From positions 1 to 54,982 of the forward strand of contig JAGOLA010000002.1 in the NCBI GenBank assembly GCA_017994375.1: a DNA stretch of 54,982 nucleotides, read 5' to 3'. The first letter of the stretch is position 1. Every line of letters begins with the position of its first letter. A model generated the notes under the pieces. It saw only the letters and a list, made by a program, of their open reading frames with translations. It had not been told where the DNA came from and did not search any database. Position numbers and translations under genes: made by a program. This document shows positions 45,067 through 54,675 of this stretch, in pieces. This DNA is from Candidatus Omnitrophota bacterium. GTDB lineage: Bacteria; Omnitrophota; Gorgyraeia; Duberdicusellales; 4484-171.

Positions 45067-45095
45067 ATTATAGTAGAAATAGGCTTGGGAGTCAA
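45067..45095 (-). promoter_or_regulatory. Consensus sigma70 promoter upstream of the EF-G-like gene, giving a leader of about 150 nt.
   Basis: On the minus strand, TTGACT (45095-45090) is followed by a 17-nt spacer and TATAAT (45072-45067). Confidence 0.55.
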
Positions 45096-45153
45096 CGAAA
45101 GGAACTACTTTTTTATTTTATATAAGTCTTTGATTTGCAAATAGATATGTGTA

Positions 45154-46194
45154 TTAATAGATAAACATAGCGTCCCCAAAGCTATAAAATCTTAGCCGGC
45201 GGTCGATAGCGTAGTTGTAACTTCTACGAATAAACTCAAGGCCGGCAAAGGCTGAAACTAAAATAAGGTTAGTAGAATAGGGAGTATGAAAATTGGTTAT
45301 CAAACCATCTGTGATTTTAAAGTCATAGCCGGCTGTAATATAAAGATTGGTCTGGCCGCAAAAAGGCTTAACCATAAATTTCTGCTTAGAATCTTTGAAA
45401 GCTGCACTCTCTAAGCTTCTAACAGCAGTAGTACCAACTGCAATAATACGTTTCTTATCGCTACGGGCTTTGTTGATTATCTCTGCCGCTTGAGATGACA
45501 GCTCTACATACTCGCTATCTATATCATGCTTTCGAATATCTGGTACTTTAACTGGCCGAAAAGTAGCTAACCCGCAATGAAGGGTTAGATAAACTATATT
45601 TATGCCTCTTTTTAAGAGTTTTTCTAAGAGTTCTTCGGTAAAGTGCAATCCGGCCGTAGGCGCAGCAACTGCACCTTCGTTTTTGGCATAAATTGTTTGA
45701 TAATCTTCGAAGCTAGCGGTTGTCTTTTTGATATAGGGAGGAAACGGGGTCTCTCCGACTTGAACTAAAAGATTTTCGATATCAGCTGGAAAAAATTGCA
45801 CTATTTTAGATCCTTTCTCGGTCTTAGCGATAACTTGGGCTCTAAGCTTACCATCTTTGAAGATAAGAGTATCTTTTATCCTAGCCCGTTTTGCCGGTTT
45901 TACCAATACCTCCCATTCTCCTAAATTAACCTTCTTTAATAATAAGATTTCTACCTTTGCTCCTTTCTCCCGCTGGCCGTATAAACGGGCTTTTATCACC
46001 TTAGTATTGTTTAAAACTAAAACATCTCCTTTTTGTAAAAAATCAACGATATCGAAAAAATAAAGTTCTTTTATCGTCTCTTGAGTACGATTAAGGACTA
46101 AAAGGCGGCATTTATCTCTGGGATTGGTTGGCTCCTGGGCAATCAACTCTCTAGGTAGCTCATAAAAATATTGTTCCAGAGACCATTTTTCCAT
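45154..46194 (-). CDS. queA: S-adenosylmethionine:tRNA ribosyltransferase-isomerase.
   Basis: The N-terminus reads ...YELPRELIAQEPTNPRDKCRLLVL... It also has ...GLHFTEELL... and ...AVGTTAVRSLES... Confidence 0.9.
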   Translation of the reverse strand: MEKWSLEQYFYELPRELIAQEPTNPRDKCRLLVLNRTQETIKELYFFDIVDFLQKGDVLVLNNTKVIKARLYGQREKGAKVEILLLKKVNLGEWEVLVKPAKRARIKDTLIFKDGKLRAQVIAKTEKGSKIVQFFPADIENLLVQVGETPFPPYIKKTTASFEDYQTIYAKNEGAVAAPTAGLHFTEELLEKLLKRGINIVYLTLHCGLATFRPVKVPDIRKHDIDSEYVELSSQAAEIINKARSDKKRIIAVGTTAVRSLESAAFKDSKQKFMVKPFCGQTNLYITAGYDFKITDGLITNFHTPYSTNLILVSAFAGLEFIRRSYNYAIDRRLRFYSFGDAMFIY

Positions 46195-46203
46195 AAGACA
46201 GAA

Positions 46204-49200
46204 TTAGGAAGGAACTTCTTCGGAAGCGAATTTTACCGACACTAATTTAGATATTCCTTTCTCCTGCATAGTAACACCGTATAGGCAACTGGCGTTACTC
46301 ATCGTTTTCTTATTATGGGTAATTAGAACAAATTGTGAGGTAGCAGAGAATTCTTTTAGGATGTGATTAAATCTATCTACGTTGGCTTCGTCTAACGGAG
46401 CATCGATTTCATCTAAGACGCATAAAGGAGAAGGCCTAACGCTAAAAATAGAAAATATTAGGGCGATAGCAGTCAAGGCTTTTTCTCCGCCGGAAAGAAG
46501 AGATACATTCTGTAATTTTTTTCCCGGCGGCTGTACTTCTATCTCTACTCCTGACTCTAAGATGTTATCTTCATCCAAAAGAATAAGGTTAGCTCTACCG
46601 CCGTTAAATAAAAACTTAAAATTCTTTTTGAACTCTACTTCGATTTTCCGGAAAGTTTCTAAAAATAACTCCTTGGAAGTGTGGTTTATCTTAGCTATTG
46701 CCTTTTTTAGATTCTCTTTAGAAGTAACCAAATCCTGCTTTTGATTATTTAAGAAATCTTCTCTTTTTTTAAGCTCTTCGAACTCTTCTATGGCCACTAA
46801 ATTAACTTCTCCTAAATTTTCGATTTTATTTTTAAGCTCGTCTTTGCTTTGTAAAAGTTCTTCTAGGTTTATAGCCGCCTCTACTGTCTGCGCAACGAAT
46901 TCTACGCTATAGACTTGTTTTAAATAATCTTTAATTTTATCTTTTTCGTACTCTAGGCCCTGGGACTCTAATTTCTTATTATAAGTAGCGGCTTTTATCT
47001 CCTGGTTCTCACTATCTAACTTATGCATTAATTCTTTAGTTTCCTGGATAGTCTTATTTAGGGATATTTCTTCTTGTTCTAAAGCAGCTCTTTTTTCGGT
47101 GTAATTACGGATTTTGGTTTTATCTTCTTCTATTTTAGACTTTAAGTTTTTAATCTGCTCTCCTAAAGAAAGGCTCTTAGAATCATTCTCCTTGCTTTCA
47201 CTATCGATTTGTCCAAGATCTTTGCAAATATTATTTACCTCGTCTTGGAATAGAGAAATCTTTGAACTCAAAGCTTCTTTTTCTTTAATAAAAGACTGTT
47301 TTTCGGAAAGTTTACGTGCAATTCCAATATCTACCTCTTTTATTCTCTCTAAAGATATATTTATAGCGTCTTGGCAGCTTAATAAATTATTGTTGGACTT
47401 ATTTAAATATTCTTCTATCAATAGTAATTCTTTTTCTATACCTTTAATCTTTTCCTGGCTATCTTCTATTTCGCTAAAAGCATTCTTTTCTTCCTCTTTT
47501 AATAAGTCGAACTCCTCTTCTAGGCGTTCAGCTTCTCTTTGGTGGATATCTTTCGCCTGCAAATTTTTATTTAACTCTTTGTTTGCCTCTTCTATCCGGC
47601 TGTTTTCGCTGGAAAGCTCTTCGTTGATTTTAACTTGCTCTTGCTCTACCTGCTGCATTTTTACCTTAAGATTATCGATTTCACTCTTAAGTTGGAAAAT
47701 TTTTTCTTCTAATTGTTTTTCCTCAAAAGAAATGATTTTAGCTTCTATTTGAGCTTTATAAGCGCCTTTTTCTTTTATAAAGGTGACGTTTTGCAAAGAA
47801 GCAACTAATTTATTGATATTTACCGGCTCCTCTTCGAATATAACAGTAATCTTTTTCTTAACCGAAAAAGTTTCGTACTTTAAACGAAAATCTTTTAAAA
47901 AATCATAAGATGCTTTTAGTTCTACTAAATCTTTTTCTTTTTCGACTATTTTAGAGCGGGTATTTTCGATAAAGACCGTTAATTCTTTATTTTTCTGGAT
48001 TAAACCGCTTTTTTTGCCCTGCAAAACCTCTAATTTTTTCTCGGCTTCATGCGACTCTCCTTCTACCTCTTTAAGTTTTTCTTTATTTTCAGTGAGCAGA
48101 GTTTCTAATCTAGCTTTATCTAAAAGAAGCCGTTTTTTTCTATTGTTTAAAGCCGTAATATGGGTTTGTTTCTGGACAAATTCATTATGATACTGAACCT
48201 TTTTGCTCTCATAATCTAATATCTTGGCTTTTTCCTGGCTAATTATTGCCTTATTTTTTTCGATGTTTACTTTTAAATCTGCCCCTTCCTTTTCCAGTTT
48301 TTTCACCGCTTCATCTAATAAAAGGAAATTTTCCTCTAATATTTTCAATTGCTGGTTTTCTTTACTTGTCCTTTCCTGTTGCGTAAGCAATCTTTGATTA
48401 AGGCTAACTTTATTTTGTTTTAAGCTCTCGTTGCGGATTTTAAGCTCATTTATACGTTGTTCATTGATATTAATATGGTTGCTAGAGTTATCTATCTGGC
48501 TATTTAAAGAAACTATAGCAGTGGCAGCATCTTCCAAACTAATCCTTAAGTTCTTCGCTTCGTTGCTCAATTCCTCTAAGCGGTTATTAACTTCCGATAG
48601 CTGTTCGTTTTTCTTACGGCTTTTATCTTCAAGAACTTCTAATTCTTGATTAAGGCTTTTGGCTTTTCCTTCTAAATCAGCAAATTGCAAAGTCGCTATC
48701 TTTTTTTCTACCTCTATTAATTGTTCGTTTATTTCTTTATATTTTTTGGCTTTTTCTACTTGCCGTTCTAAATAACGGGTTTGCCTTTTTACTTCAGAAA
48801 TTATATCTTCCAAGCGTAAGAGGTTTTCTTCGGCTTCGCCAAGTTTTTTTAAGGTTTCTTTCTTCCTATCTTTATATTTAACGATACCGCTGGCTTCATC
48901 GAAAATCAGCCTTTTGTCTTCGGGCTTATAACTTAAGAAAATCTCTATTTTACCTTGTTCGATAAAAGAGTAGGTAGATTCACCTATTCCCGTTCCCATA
49001 AATAAATCTTGGACATCTTTTAGCCTTACTACGTTTTTGTTAATAAAATATTGACTCTCTCCGGTACGATAAAGACGACGGGAAATTGCTACTTCTTTAT
49101 AATCTATGGGTAGGTACCTGTCTTCGTTGCAGAAATTAAGGGTAACTTCGGCATAATTTAAGGGAGCCAAATTTTCGGTGCCGTTAAAGATAATATCTTC

Positions 49201-49383
49201 CATCTTAGCCCCGCGTAAAGATTTAGGACTCTGCTCTCCTAGCGCCCACTTTATAGAATCAAAAACATTGGATTTACCGCAACCATTAGGGCCTACCACT
49301 GCTGTTATCCCCGGCCCAAAAGTGAGAGAAGTTTTTTGAGGAAAGGACTTAAAGCCGAATATTTCTAACTCTTTTAAATACAT
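46204..49383 (-). CDS. smc: Chromosome segregation protein SMC.
   Basis: It has an N-terminal Walker A (GPNGCGKSN), long coiled coils, the C-terminal signature LSGGEKALTAIAL and the Walker B VLDEIDAPLD. Confidence 0.9.
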   Translation of the reverse strand: MYLKELEIFGFKSFPQKTSLTFGPGITAVVGPNGCGKSNVFDSIKWALGEQSPKSLRGAKMEDIIFNGTENLAPLNYAEVTLNFCNEDRYLPIDYKEVAISRRLYRTGESQYFINKNVVRLKDVQDLFMGTGIGESTYSFIEQGKIEIFLSYKPEDKRLIFDEASGIVKYKDRKKETLKKLGEAEENLLRLEDIISEVKRQTRYLERQVEKAKKYKEINEQLIEVEKKIATLQFADLEGKAKSLNQELEVLEDKSRKKNEQLSEVNNRLEELSNEAKNLRISLEDAATAIVSLNSQIDNSSNHININEQRINELKIRNESLKQNKVSLNQRLLTQQERTSKENQQLKILEENFLLLDEAVKKLEKEGADLKVNIEKNKAIISQEKAKILDYESKKVQYHNEFVQKQTHITALNNRKKRLLLDKARLETLLTENKEKLKEVEGESHEAEKKLEVLQGKKSGLIQKNKELTVFIENTRSKIVEKEKDLVELKASYDFLKDFRLKYETFSVKKKITVIFEEEPVNINKLVASLQNVTFIKEKGAYKAQIEAKIISFEEKQLEEKIFQLKSEIDNLKVKMQQVEQEQVKINEELSSENSRIEEANKELNKNLQAKDIHQREAERLEEEFDLLKEEEKNAFSEIEDSQEKIKGIEKELLLIEEYLNKSNNNLLSCQDAINISLERIKEVDIGIARKLSEKQSFIKEKEALSSKISLFQDEVNNICKDLGQIDSESKENDSKSLSLGEQIKNLKSKIEEDKTKIRNYTEKRAALEQEEISLNKTIQETKELMHKLDSENQEIKAATYNKKLESQGLEYEKDKIKDYLKQVYSVEFVAQTVEAAINLEELLQSKDELKNKIENLGEVNLVAIEEFEELKKREDFLNNQKQDLVTSKENLKKAIAKINHTSKELFLETFRKIEVEFKKNFKFLFNGGRANLILLDEDNILESGVEIEVQPPGKKLQNVSLLSGGEKALTAIALIFSIFSVRPSPLCVLDEIDAPLDEANVDRFNHILKEFSATSQFVLITHNKKTMSNASCLYGVTMQEKGISKLVSVKFASEEVPS

Positions 49384-49393
49384 AATAAAAGTA

Positions 49394-49420
49394 AAAAATG
49401 TAAAGCGAAAAGTGAAAAAC
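49394..49420. repeat. Copy of the left arm of the dispersed AT-rich repeat.
   Basis: The sequence aaaaatgtaaagcgaaaagtgaaaaac resembles aaaaatgtaaaatgaaaaacgaaaaat at 50861-50887. Confidence 0.45.
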
Positions 49421-49648
49421 TAAAACATATTTTTTTTAAGGTATTTTTCACTAAATATACTGATAAATTTAATAAAAAGCAAAAACAATTTTTGAGGGAG
49501 GTTTCGAGGCCAAAAAGCATGGTATACCTCGCCTTTGGCGAGGGATTTTTTGGCCGAGGCACCAGCCAAAATTACCGCTGGGAATTTTGGCGTTCCCGAA
49601 AAATTTGGTTTTTGCTTTTTCTATAACCTGCAAACACATTTATTTAAA

Positions 49649-50851
49649 TTACGTTTTTTTAAAGGTTTCTTTGAACTTTTTAGTCAAAAGGGGAATTATC
49701 TTAAATAAATCACCTATAATACCATAGTTAGCAACTTTAAATATCGGTGCTTCAGGATCTTTATTGATAGCGATAATAACATCGGAAGACTGCATGCCTA
49801 CTAAATGCTGAATTTGGCCGGAAATGCCGCAAGCAATATATATTTTCGGGCAAACTGTACGTCCGGTCTGCCCAACTTGATGTGAATAAGGTATCCAACC
49901 GGCATCTACGCAAGCGCGCGAAGAACCAACTGCGGCTCCAATACTTTCGGCTAATTCTTCGATTAATTTAAAATTTTTAGCCTCTCCTAATCCTCTTCCG
50001 CCAGAAACGATAATATCGGCCTCTGCTAAGTTAACAGTAGCAATTGCTTCCTTAATAAAATCTAAAAATTTTATTCTTTTATCCTGCTCTTTTTCGTCAA
50101 AAACTTCTTTTACAATTTCACCTTTCCGAGACTTATCTTCTGCGGCCTCCGGCATTACTTTATGTCTAACTGTAGCCATTTGAGGCCTAAAGTTAGGAGA
50201 AATAATCTGAGCCATAATATTCCCGCCAAAAGCCGGGCGAGTTTGTATCAAAATCTTTCTCTCTTTATCGATATCTAAACCGGTACAGTCAGCAGTTAGA
50301 CCAGTATAAAGATTCACTGCTATTCTGGATACTAAACTTCTACCGGTAGTAGTAGCGCCGGCTAAAAAAATTTCCGGCTTATACTTATTAACGAGTTTGA
50401 CAATTGCCTTAGTATAGTTTTCGGCTATGTAGTGTTCAAGGATTTTCGAATCAATAACAAAAACTTTGTCTGCTCCCCGATAAATTAACTCATTCGCTTT
50501 AGGGCTAATATGTTTGCCCAGTAAAACGGCACCGACATAAGTATTAAGGTCTTTGGCTAACTGCTGAGCTTTAGCTAAAAGCTCAAACGCTACCGAAGAT
50601 ATTTCCCCATCTCTTTGTTCGGCAAATACCCAAACCCCTTTATAATTTTTAACATCCTCTTTTACTACTTCTTTACGTACAATTTCAATAGCTAAAAACT
50701 TACAACTATCTACACAAGCTCCGCAGATAGTACACTTATCTAAATCGATAATAGCTTTTTTATTTTCAATCTTTATAGCACCAACCGGGCAAGCCTTAAG
50801 GCATAAACTACAACCGACGCACTTATCTAAAATTACTCTTATTCCACCCAT
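49649..50851 (-). CDS. etfA: Electron transfer flavoprotein alpha subunit with an N-terminal 2x[4Fe-4S] ferredoxin domain.
   Basis: It has two CxxCxxCxxxCP motifs (CVGCSLCLKACP and CTICGACVDSC), followed by an EtfA FAD-binding C-terminus (...IACGISGQIQHLVGM...). Confidence 0.85.
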   Translation of the reverse strand: MGGIRVILDKCVGCSLCLKACPVGAIKIENKKAIIDLDKCTICGACVDSCKFLAIEIVRKEVVKEDVKNYKGVWVFAEQRDGEISSVAFELLAKAQQLAKDLNTYVGAVLLGKHISPKANELIYRGADKVFVIDSKILEHYIAENYTKAIVKLVNKYKPEIFLAGATTTGRSLVSRIAVNLYTGLTADCTGLDIDKERKILIQTRPAFGGNIMAQIISPNFRPQMATVRHKVMPEAAEDKSRKGEIVKEVFDEKEQDKRIKFLDFIKEAIATVNLAEADIIVSGGRGLGEAKNFKLIEELAESIGAAVGSSRACVDAGWIPYSHQVGQTGRTVCPKIYIACGISGQIQHLVGMQSSDVIIAINKDPEAPIFKVANYGIIGDLFKIIPLLTKKFKETFKKT

Positions 50852-50860
50852 AATTAAATG

Positions 50861-50951
50861 AAAAATGTAAAATGAAAAACGAAAAATTGAAATTTAAAAT
50901 TAAAAGAGGTTTTGAATTTTAGGTTGTGGTTTGACATTTTTCGCTTTTCGC
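50861..50951. repeat. Imperfect inverted-repeat element between etfB and etfA, belonging to the same dispersed repeat family.
   Basis: The left arm aatgaaaaacgaaaaattgaaa matches about 80% of the reverse complement of the right arm tttgacatttttcgcttttcgc. The central part contains taaaagaggttttgaattttag. Confidence 0.5.
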
Positions 50952-51742
50952 TAAAGTATATCCTTTATTTCTCTAATCAACTCTTCTACTACTTTATCCG
51001 GTTCTCCTTCAAAAATTTTTCCGCCGGGCTTAGGAGGAGGGGTGAATATTTTAACTACTTGAGTCGGAGAACCAGAAAGCCCAATTTTATTTTCCTCAAT
51101 ATTTAGATCTTTATTTCCCCAAGCGGTAATGCTTGCCTTGCGGGCAGCCATCTTACCTCTTAAAGAAGGCAGACGTGGCTCATTTATCTCTTTTACCACC
51201 GTAATAAGAGCCGGTAACTGAAGCTCTATCAATTCATAACCGTCTTCTAACAATCTCTCAAGAACTATAATTTTAGGGTTAGTATCAAGGTGTATAGTAT
51301 CTATTTTCCTAACATAGGTAGCCTGGGGCAAATTAAGGTGGGTAGCTATACCAGGTCCTACTTGAGCAGTATCTCCATCGGAAGCTTGTTTGCCACAAAT
51401 TATCAAGTCATAATCGGCTATCTTTTCTATGGCCTTAGCTAAAATCAAGCTGGTAGCCCAAGTATCGGAACCGGCAAAACTTCGGTCGCAAAGATGAACT
51501 GCCGAATCTATTCCTAAAGAAAGCGCTTCTCTTAAGGCACCTTCGGCCTGAGGCGGCCCCATAGTGATGACAGTAGTATGACCGCCAAAACGTTCCTTTA
51601 ACCTTACTGCTTCCTCCAAAGCATACATATCAAAAGGATTCACTACCGATAAAACTCCCTCTCTTATCAAGGTATTAGTCTTAGGATCTATCTTAACATC
51701 GGTAGTATCCGGTACTTGTTTTATACATACTATGATCTTCAT
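50951..51742 (-). CDS. etfB: Electron transfer flavoprotein beta subunit.
   Basis: MKIIVCIKQVPD... is a typical EtfB N-terminus. The protein is 263 aa and lies upstream of etfA. Confidence 0.9.
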   Translation of the reverse strand: MKIIVCIKQVPDTTDVKIDPKTNTLIREGVLSVVNPFDMYALEEAVRLKERFGGHTTVITMGPPQAEGALREALSLGIDSAVHLCDRSFAGSDTWATSLILAKAIEKIADYDLIICGKQASDGDTAQVGPGIATHLNLPQATYVRKIDTIHLDTNPKIIVLERLLEDGYELIELQLPALITVVKEINEPRLPSLRGKMAARKASITAWGNKDLNIEENKIGLSGSPTQVVKIFTPPPKPGGKIFEGEPDKVVEELIREIKDIL

Positions 51743-51753
51743 CGTTTTAACTC

Positions 51754-52623
51754 TTATAAGGGAGACTCTAAACCAGTAAGTTGTTGATAAACTTGCTGAT
51801 ATTTTTTACGAGTTTTTTCTACTACTTCCGAAGGTAACTCTGGTGCCGGTGGAGTTTTATTCCACTCTAATGTTTCTAGATAATCACGGACAAATTGTTT
51901 ATCTAAGCTTATCTGGGATTTGCCTAATCCGTAAGAATCGGCAGGCCAGAAACGGGAAGAATCAGGAGTAAGAACTTCGTCTATTAACATAAGTTTGTTA
52001 TTTAATAACCCGAATTCAAATTTGGTATCGGCTATTATTATGCCTTTCTTTCCGGCAAAATCAGAAGCTTTAATATAAATATTAAGGCTTAACTCTTTAA
52101 TCTTTTCGGCTAAGTCCGCGCCAATAGCATTTTTCATATAATTAAAATCTACATTCTCATCATGCCCTATTTCGGCTTTAGTGGCAGGAGTAAAAATGGG
52201 CTCAGGCAATTTTTGAGCTTCTTTTAAACCCAAAGGTAAACCTATATCGCAAACACTTTGGGTGTTTTTATATTCTTTCCATCCGGAACCGGCTAGATAT
52301 CCTCTAACCACGCATTCGAAAGGAATTACTTTACATTTCTTAACTATCATAAATCTACCTTCTAAGTAGTCTTTCTGGGTTTTAAATTGTGAGGGCAAAT
52401 CTTTCCAGTCAGAAGATATGAGGTGGTTTTCAACTAAGTTTTTTAAGAAGGAAAACCAAAATAGCGAAATTTTGGTTAGGATTCTCCCCTTATCCGGTAT
52501 CAGAGTAGGCAATATTACATCGAAGCAAGAAATCCGATCGGTAGCTACCATCAGAAGTTTATCTTCCAGATCATAGACATCTCTTACTTTTCCTTTTTTG
52601 AATAATTGGATATTTTTAAGCAT
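51754..52623 (-). CDS. purC: Phosphoribosylaminoimidazole-succinocarboxamide (SAICAR) synthase.
   Basis: It has ...GKVRDVY..., ...ATDRISCFD... and ...IADTKFEFG... Confidence 0.9.
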   Translation of the reverse strand: MLKNIQLFKKGKVRDVYDLEDKLLMVATDRISCFDVILPTLIPDKGRILTKISLFWFSFLKNLVENHLISSDWKDLPSQFKTQKDYLEGRFMIVKKCKVIPFECVVRGYLAGSGWKEYKNTQSVCDIGLPLGLKEAQKLPEPIFTPATKAEIGHDENVDFNYMKNAIGADLAEKIKELSLNIYIKASDFAGKKGIIIADTKFEFGLLNNKLMLIDEVLTPDSSRFWPADSYGLGKSQISLDKQFVRDYLETLEWNKTPPAPELPSEVVEKTRKKYQQVYQQLTGLESPL

Positions 52624-54505
52624 CGGTTTCTTTTGAAAATTTTTCCGGACTTACATAGTCGCCGTATAGTCTTTGAAAATCGCCAAGCCTTTGCCTTTGA
52701 GCTTTAAGTTCTTCAAATAAACATAGCGGAATATCTTTTAAGTCTTTATAAATATTTTCTATTCTCTCGATTTTAGATAAATTTTCCGGGATTCTTAAGG
52801 TAAATTGTCGAAGATAATCTTCATAAAGATATTCTTTATTCAAAACGTTTTTAAATAAAGTTTTCAGATCTTCGTATCGCGGTATTAAACCAGTCGGGGT
52901 CAGGAGAGCTTTTGCGCTCTTATCTACTCGTAACTTCATCCATCTTAACCAAATACGCTTATCTTGGATACTATTTAAAAACTTATTTTCTTTATCTTTT
53001 AAAAAATAATTTACTGAAAAAACCAAGGGTGGTTTAGCTAATTTGCGGCTAAATTCTAAATTCATCTTAAGATATTTGCCTAGTGGTATAGATAAAAAAT
53101 CGATATTAGACATTGGATTAAATACTCTTACTCCTTCTTGGCCTAAAGTAGCTGCCGTAGTTTCCGATTCTAAGCTAGCGGCTTTAGTTATAATACCATG
53201 CTGCCAATTAAAAGCTTCTTCTACCGGGACTGAAGTGTCAGAATCTCTTCCTCCATAAATAAAACCTTCTACTTTAACTCCTAGAGGATTTTCTAAATTA
53301 GCATCTATATTTTCTAAATTTGATAGCCTTATGGTATAACGGGCATTTTTATGAGAAGGAGGAATTTCCTGACCCTGGTGGTCGGTTTTGCCTGGGAACC
53401 AAGGTCCAAAAAAATTAACCCCCTTGGAAGGTACCTCTTTAGACTTACCGCTCCAAAACGGCACTTTATCTTCGCCGATGAGAATATTCGAAAATATAAT
53501 TTCTCCGGAACGAGTTAAAGATTTAAATAGTATCGGGTCGTCTTGGCTATTTACGTCTTTTATAATACCGAATATCCCTCTTTCGACGTTAACAGCCTTT
53601 GGTTCACCATCGATAATCCGTAAATAAACTATATCATCGCCAACTATAGTTTCACCGGAAAGCATGGCTGTAGAAGTTTTACCGCACATGCTAGGATAAG
53701 CTCCGCAAAAATAAGATTTTTTATTGCCTTTACCTGATATGCCCATTAAAAACATATGTTCAGCTAGCCAGTCCTGACTATAAGCCTTCTTTATCGCTAA
53801 ACGTAAAGCTAATTTCTTAAGTCCCACGGTATTACCGGCATATTGAGTATTGACACTATATACTAAATTATTCTCTAAATCGATATATACCCGACGCTGT
53901 TCGATATTTTTACTAACTTTATTTTCTAATACGCCAGCACTATGGACAAACTTAAAAAAATCATCTTTTACTTTGGCTCTTCTAAACTGCTCATAACCGG
54001 GACGGTAAAGAATATCTTCGCTATGAGCCACATAACAGGAATCGGTAATCTGCACTGCTAAAATGGTAAAAGGCGAGTTCACTGGCCCAAGACAAAGAAA
54101 ACAAATAAGCATTTCTTTATCGGCCATGATACCTTGCAAATTATTTCGGATTTCTTTTAAGCCCTCCTCTCTATCGATGCTATTTAAATAATAGCGGTCT
54201 TCCGAGCTAGAAGTTACTAAATATTTAGTAATATTTTTATCACGACCTTGATCGGTATAGCCATCAAAATGTGCAGTATGGCCTTTAGTAGCTAGTTCTA
54301 TCTCCTCACCTAACAGTAAAGATTTTTTTCTTATATATTCGGCATCTTCAGAAGAATCAGTGCGGATGAAAATGGAGCGGGGCTGGCAAATCTCGGCATA
54401 TTTTCCTATAAAATCGACCAGAAAGGAGTTTTCTAAAGCTGCCAATTTTTTAAAATTATCCTTATCCAGCTTATCTTTTAAAAAATTAATATAATCCTTA
54501 GCCAT
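52616..54505 (-). CDS. pckG: Phosphoenolpyruvate carboxykinase (GTP).
   Basis: The kinase-1a-like motif YPSMCGKTS, GDDIVY and a length of 629 aa fit the GTP-dependent PEPCK family. Confidence 0.85.
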   Translation of the reverse strand: MAKDYINFLKDKLDKDNFKKLAALENSFLVDFIGKYAEICQPRSIFIRTDSSEDAEYIRKKSLLLGEEIELATKGHTAHFDGYTDQGRDKNITKYLVTSSSEDRYYLNSIDREEGLKEIRNNLQGIMADKEMLICFLCLGPVNSPFTILAVQITDSCYVAHSEDILYRPGYEQFRRAKVKDDFFKFVHSAGVLENKVSKNIEQRRVYIDLENNLVYSVNTQYAGNTVGLKKLALRLAIKKAYSQDWLAEHMFLMGISGKGNKKSYFCGAYPSMCGKTSTAMLSGETIVGDDIVYLRIIDGEPKAVNVERGIFGIIKDVNSQDDPILFKSLTRSGEIIFSNILIGEDKVPFWSGKSKEVPSKGVNFFGPWFPGKTDHQGQEIPPSHKNARYTIRLSNLENIDANLENPLGVKVEGFIYGGRDSDTSVPVEEAFNWQHGIITKAASLESETTAATLGQEGVRVFNPMSNIDFLSIPLGKYLKMNLEFSRKLAKPPLVFSVNYFLKDKENKFLNSIQDKRIWLRWMKLRVDKSAKALLTPTGLIPRYEDLKTLFKNVLNKEYLYEDYLRQFTLRIPENLSKIERIENIYKDLKDIPLCLFEELKAQRQRLGDFQRLYGDYVSPEKFSKETDA

Positions 54506-54675
54506 AAAACTTTCTTTAAAAGTATTGTCTTCTAATATTTTAAAAGAAAATTAATTTACCACAACAATAGACTTTTAGCAAACATTTATATTTAAACGAC
54601 GGGGCTTTGATGGGGTATATTGTTATAAAAACTTATTAATCAATTAGTTATAAACTAAGTATTATAAGTACAGCC

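Noticed and set aside
49374-49562. A 62-aa ORF lies in the smc-etfA spacer.
   Set aside because: The translation is low-complexity (FCFLLNLSVYL...LLLLCI). There is no Shine-Dalgarno sequence, and the ORF spans repeat and hairpin DNA. The region is better explained as a structured non-coding element.
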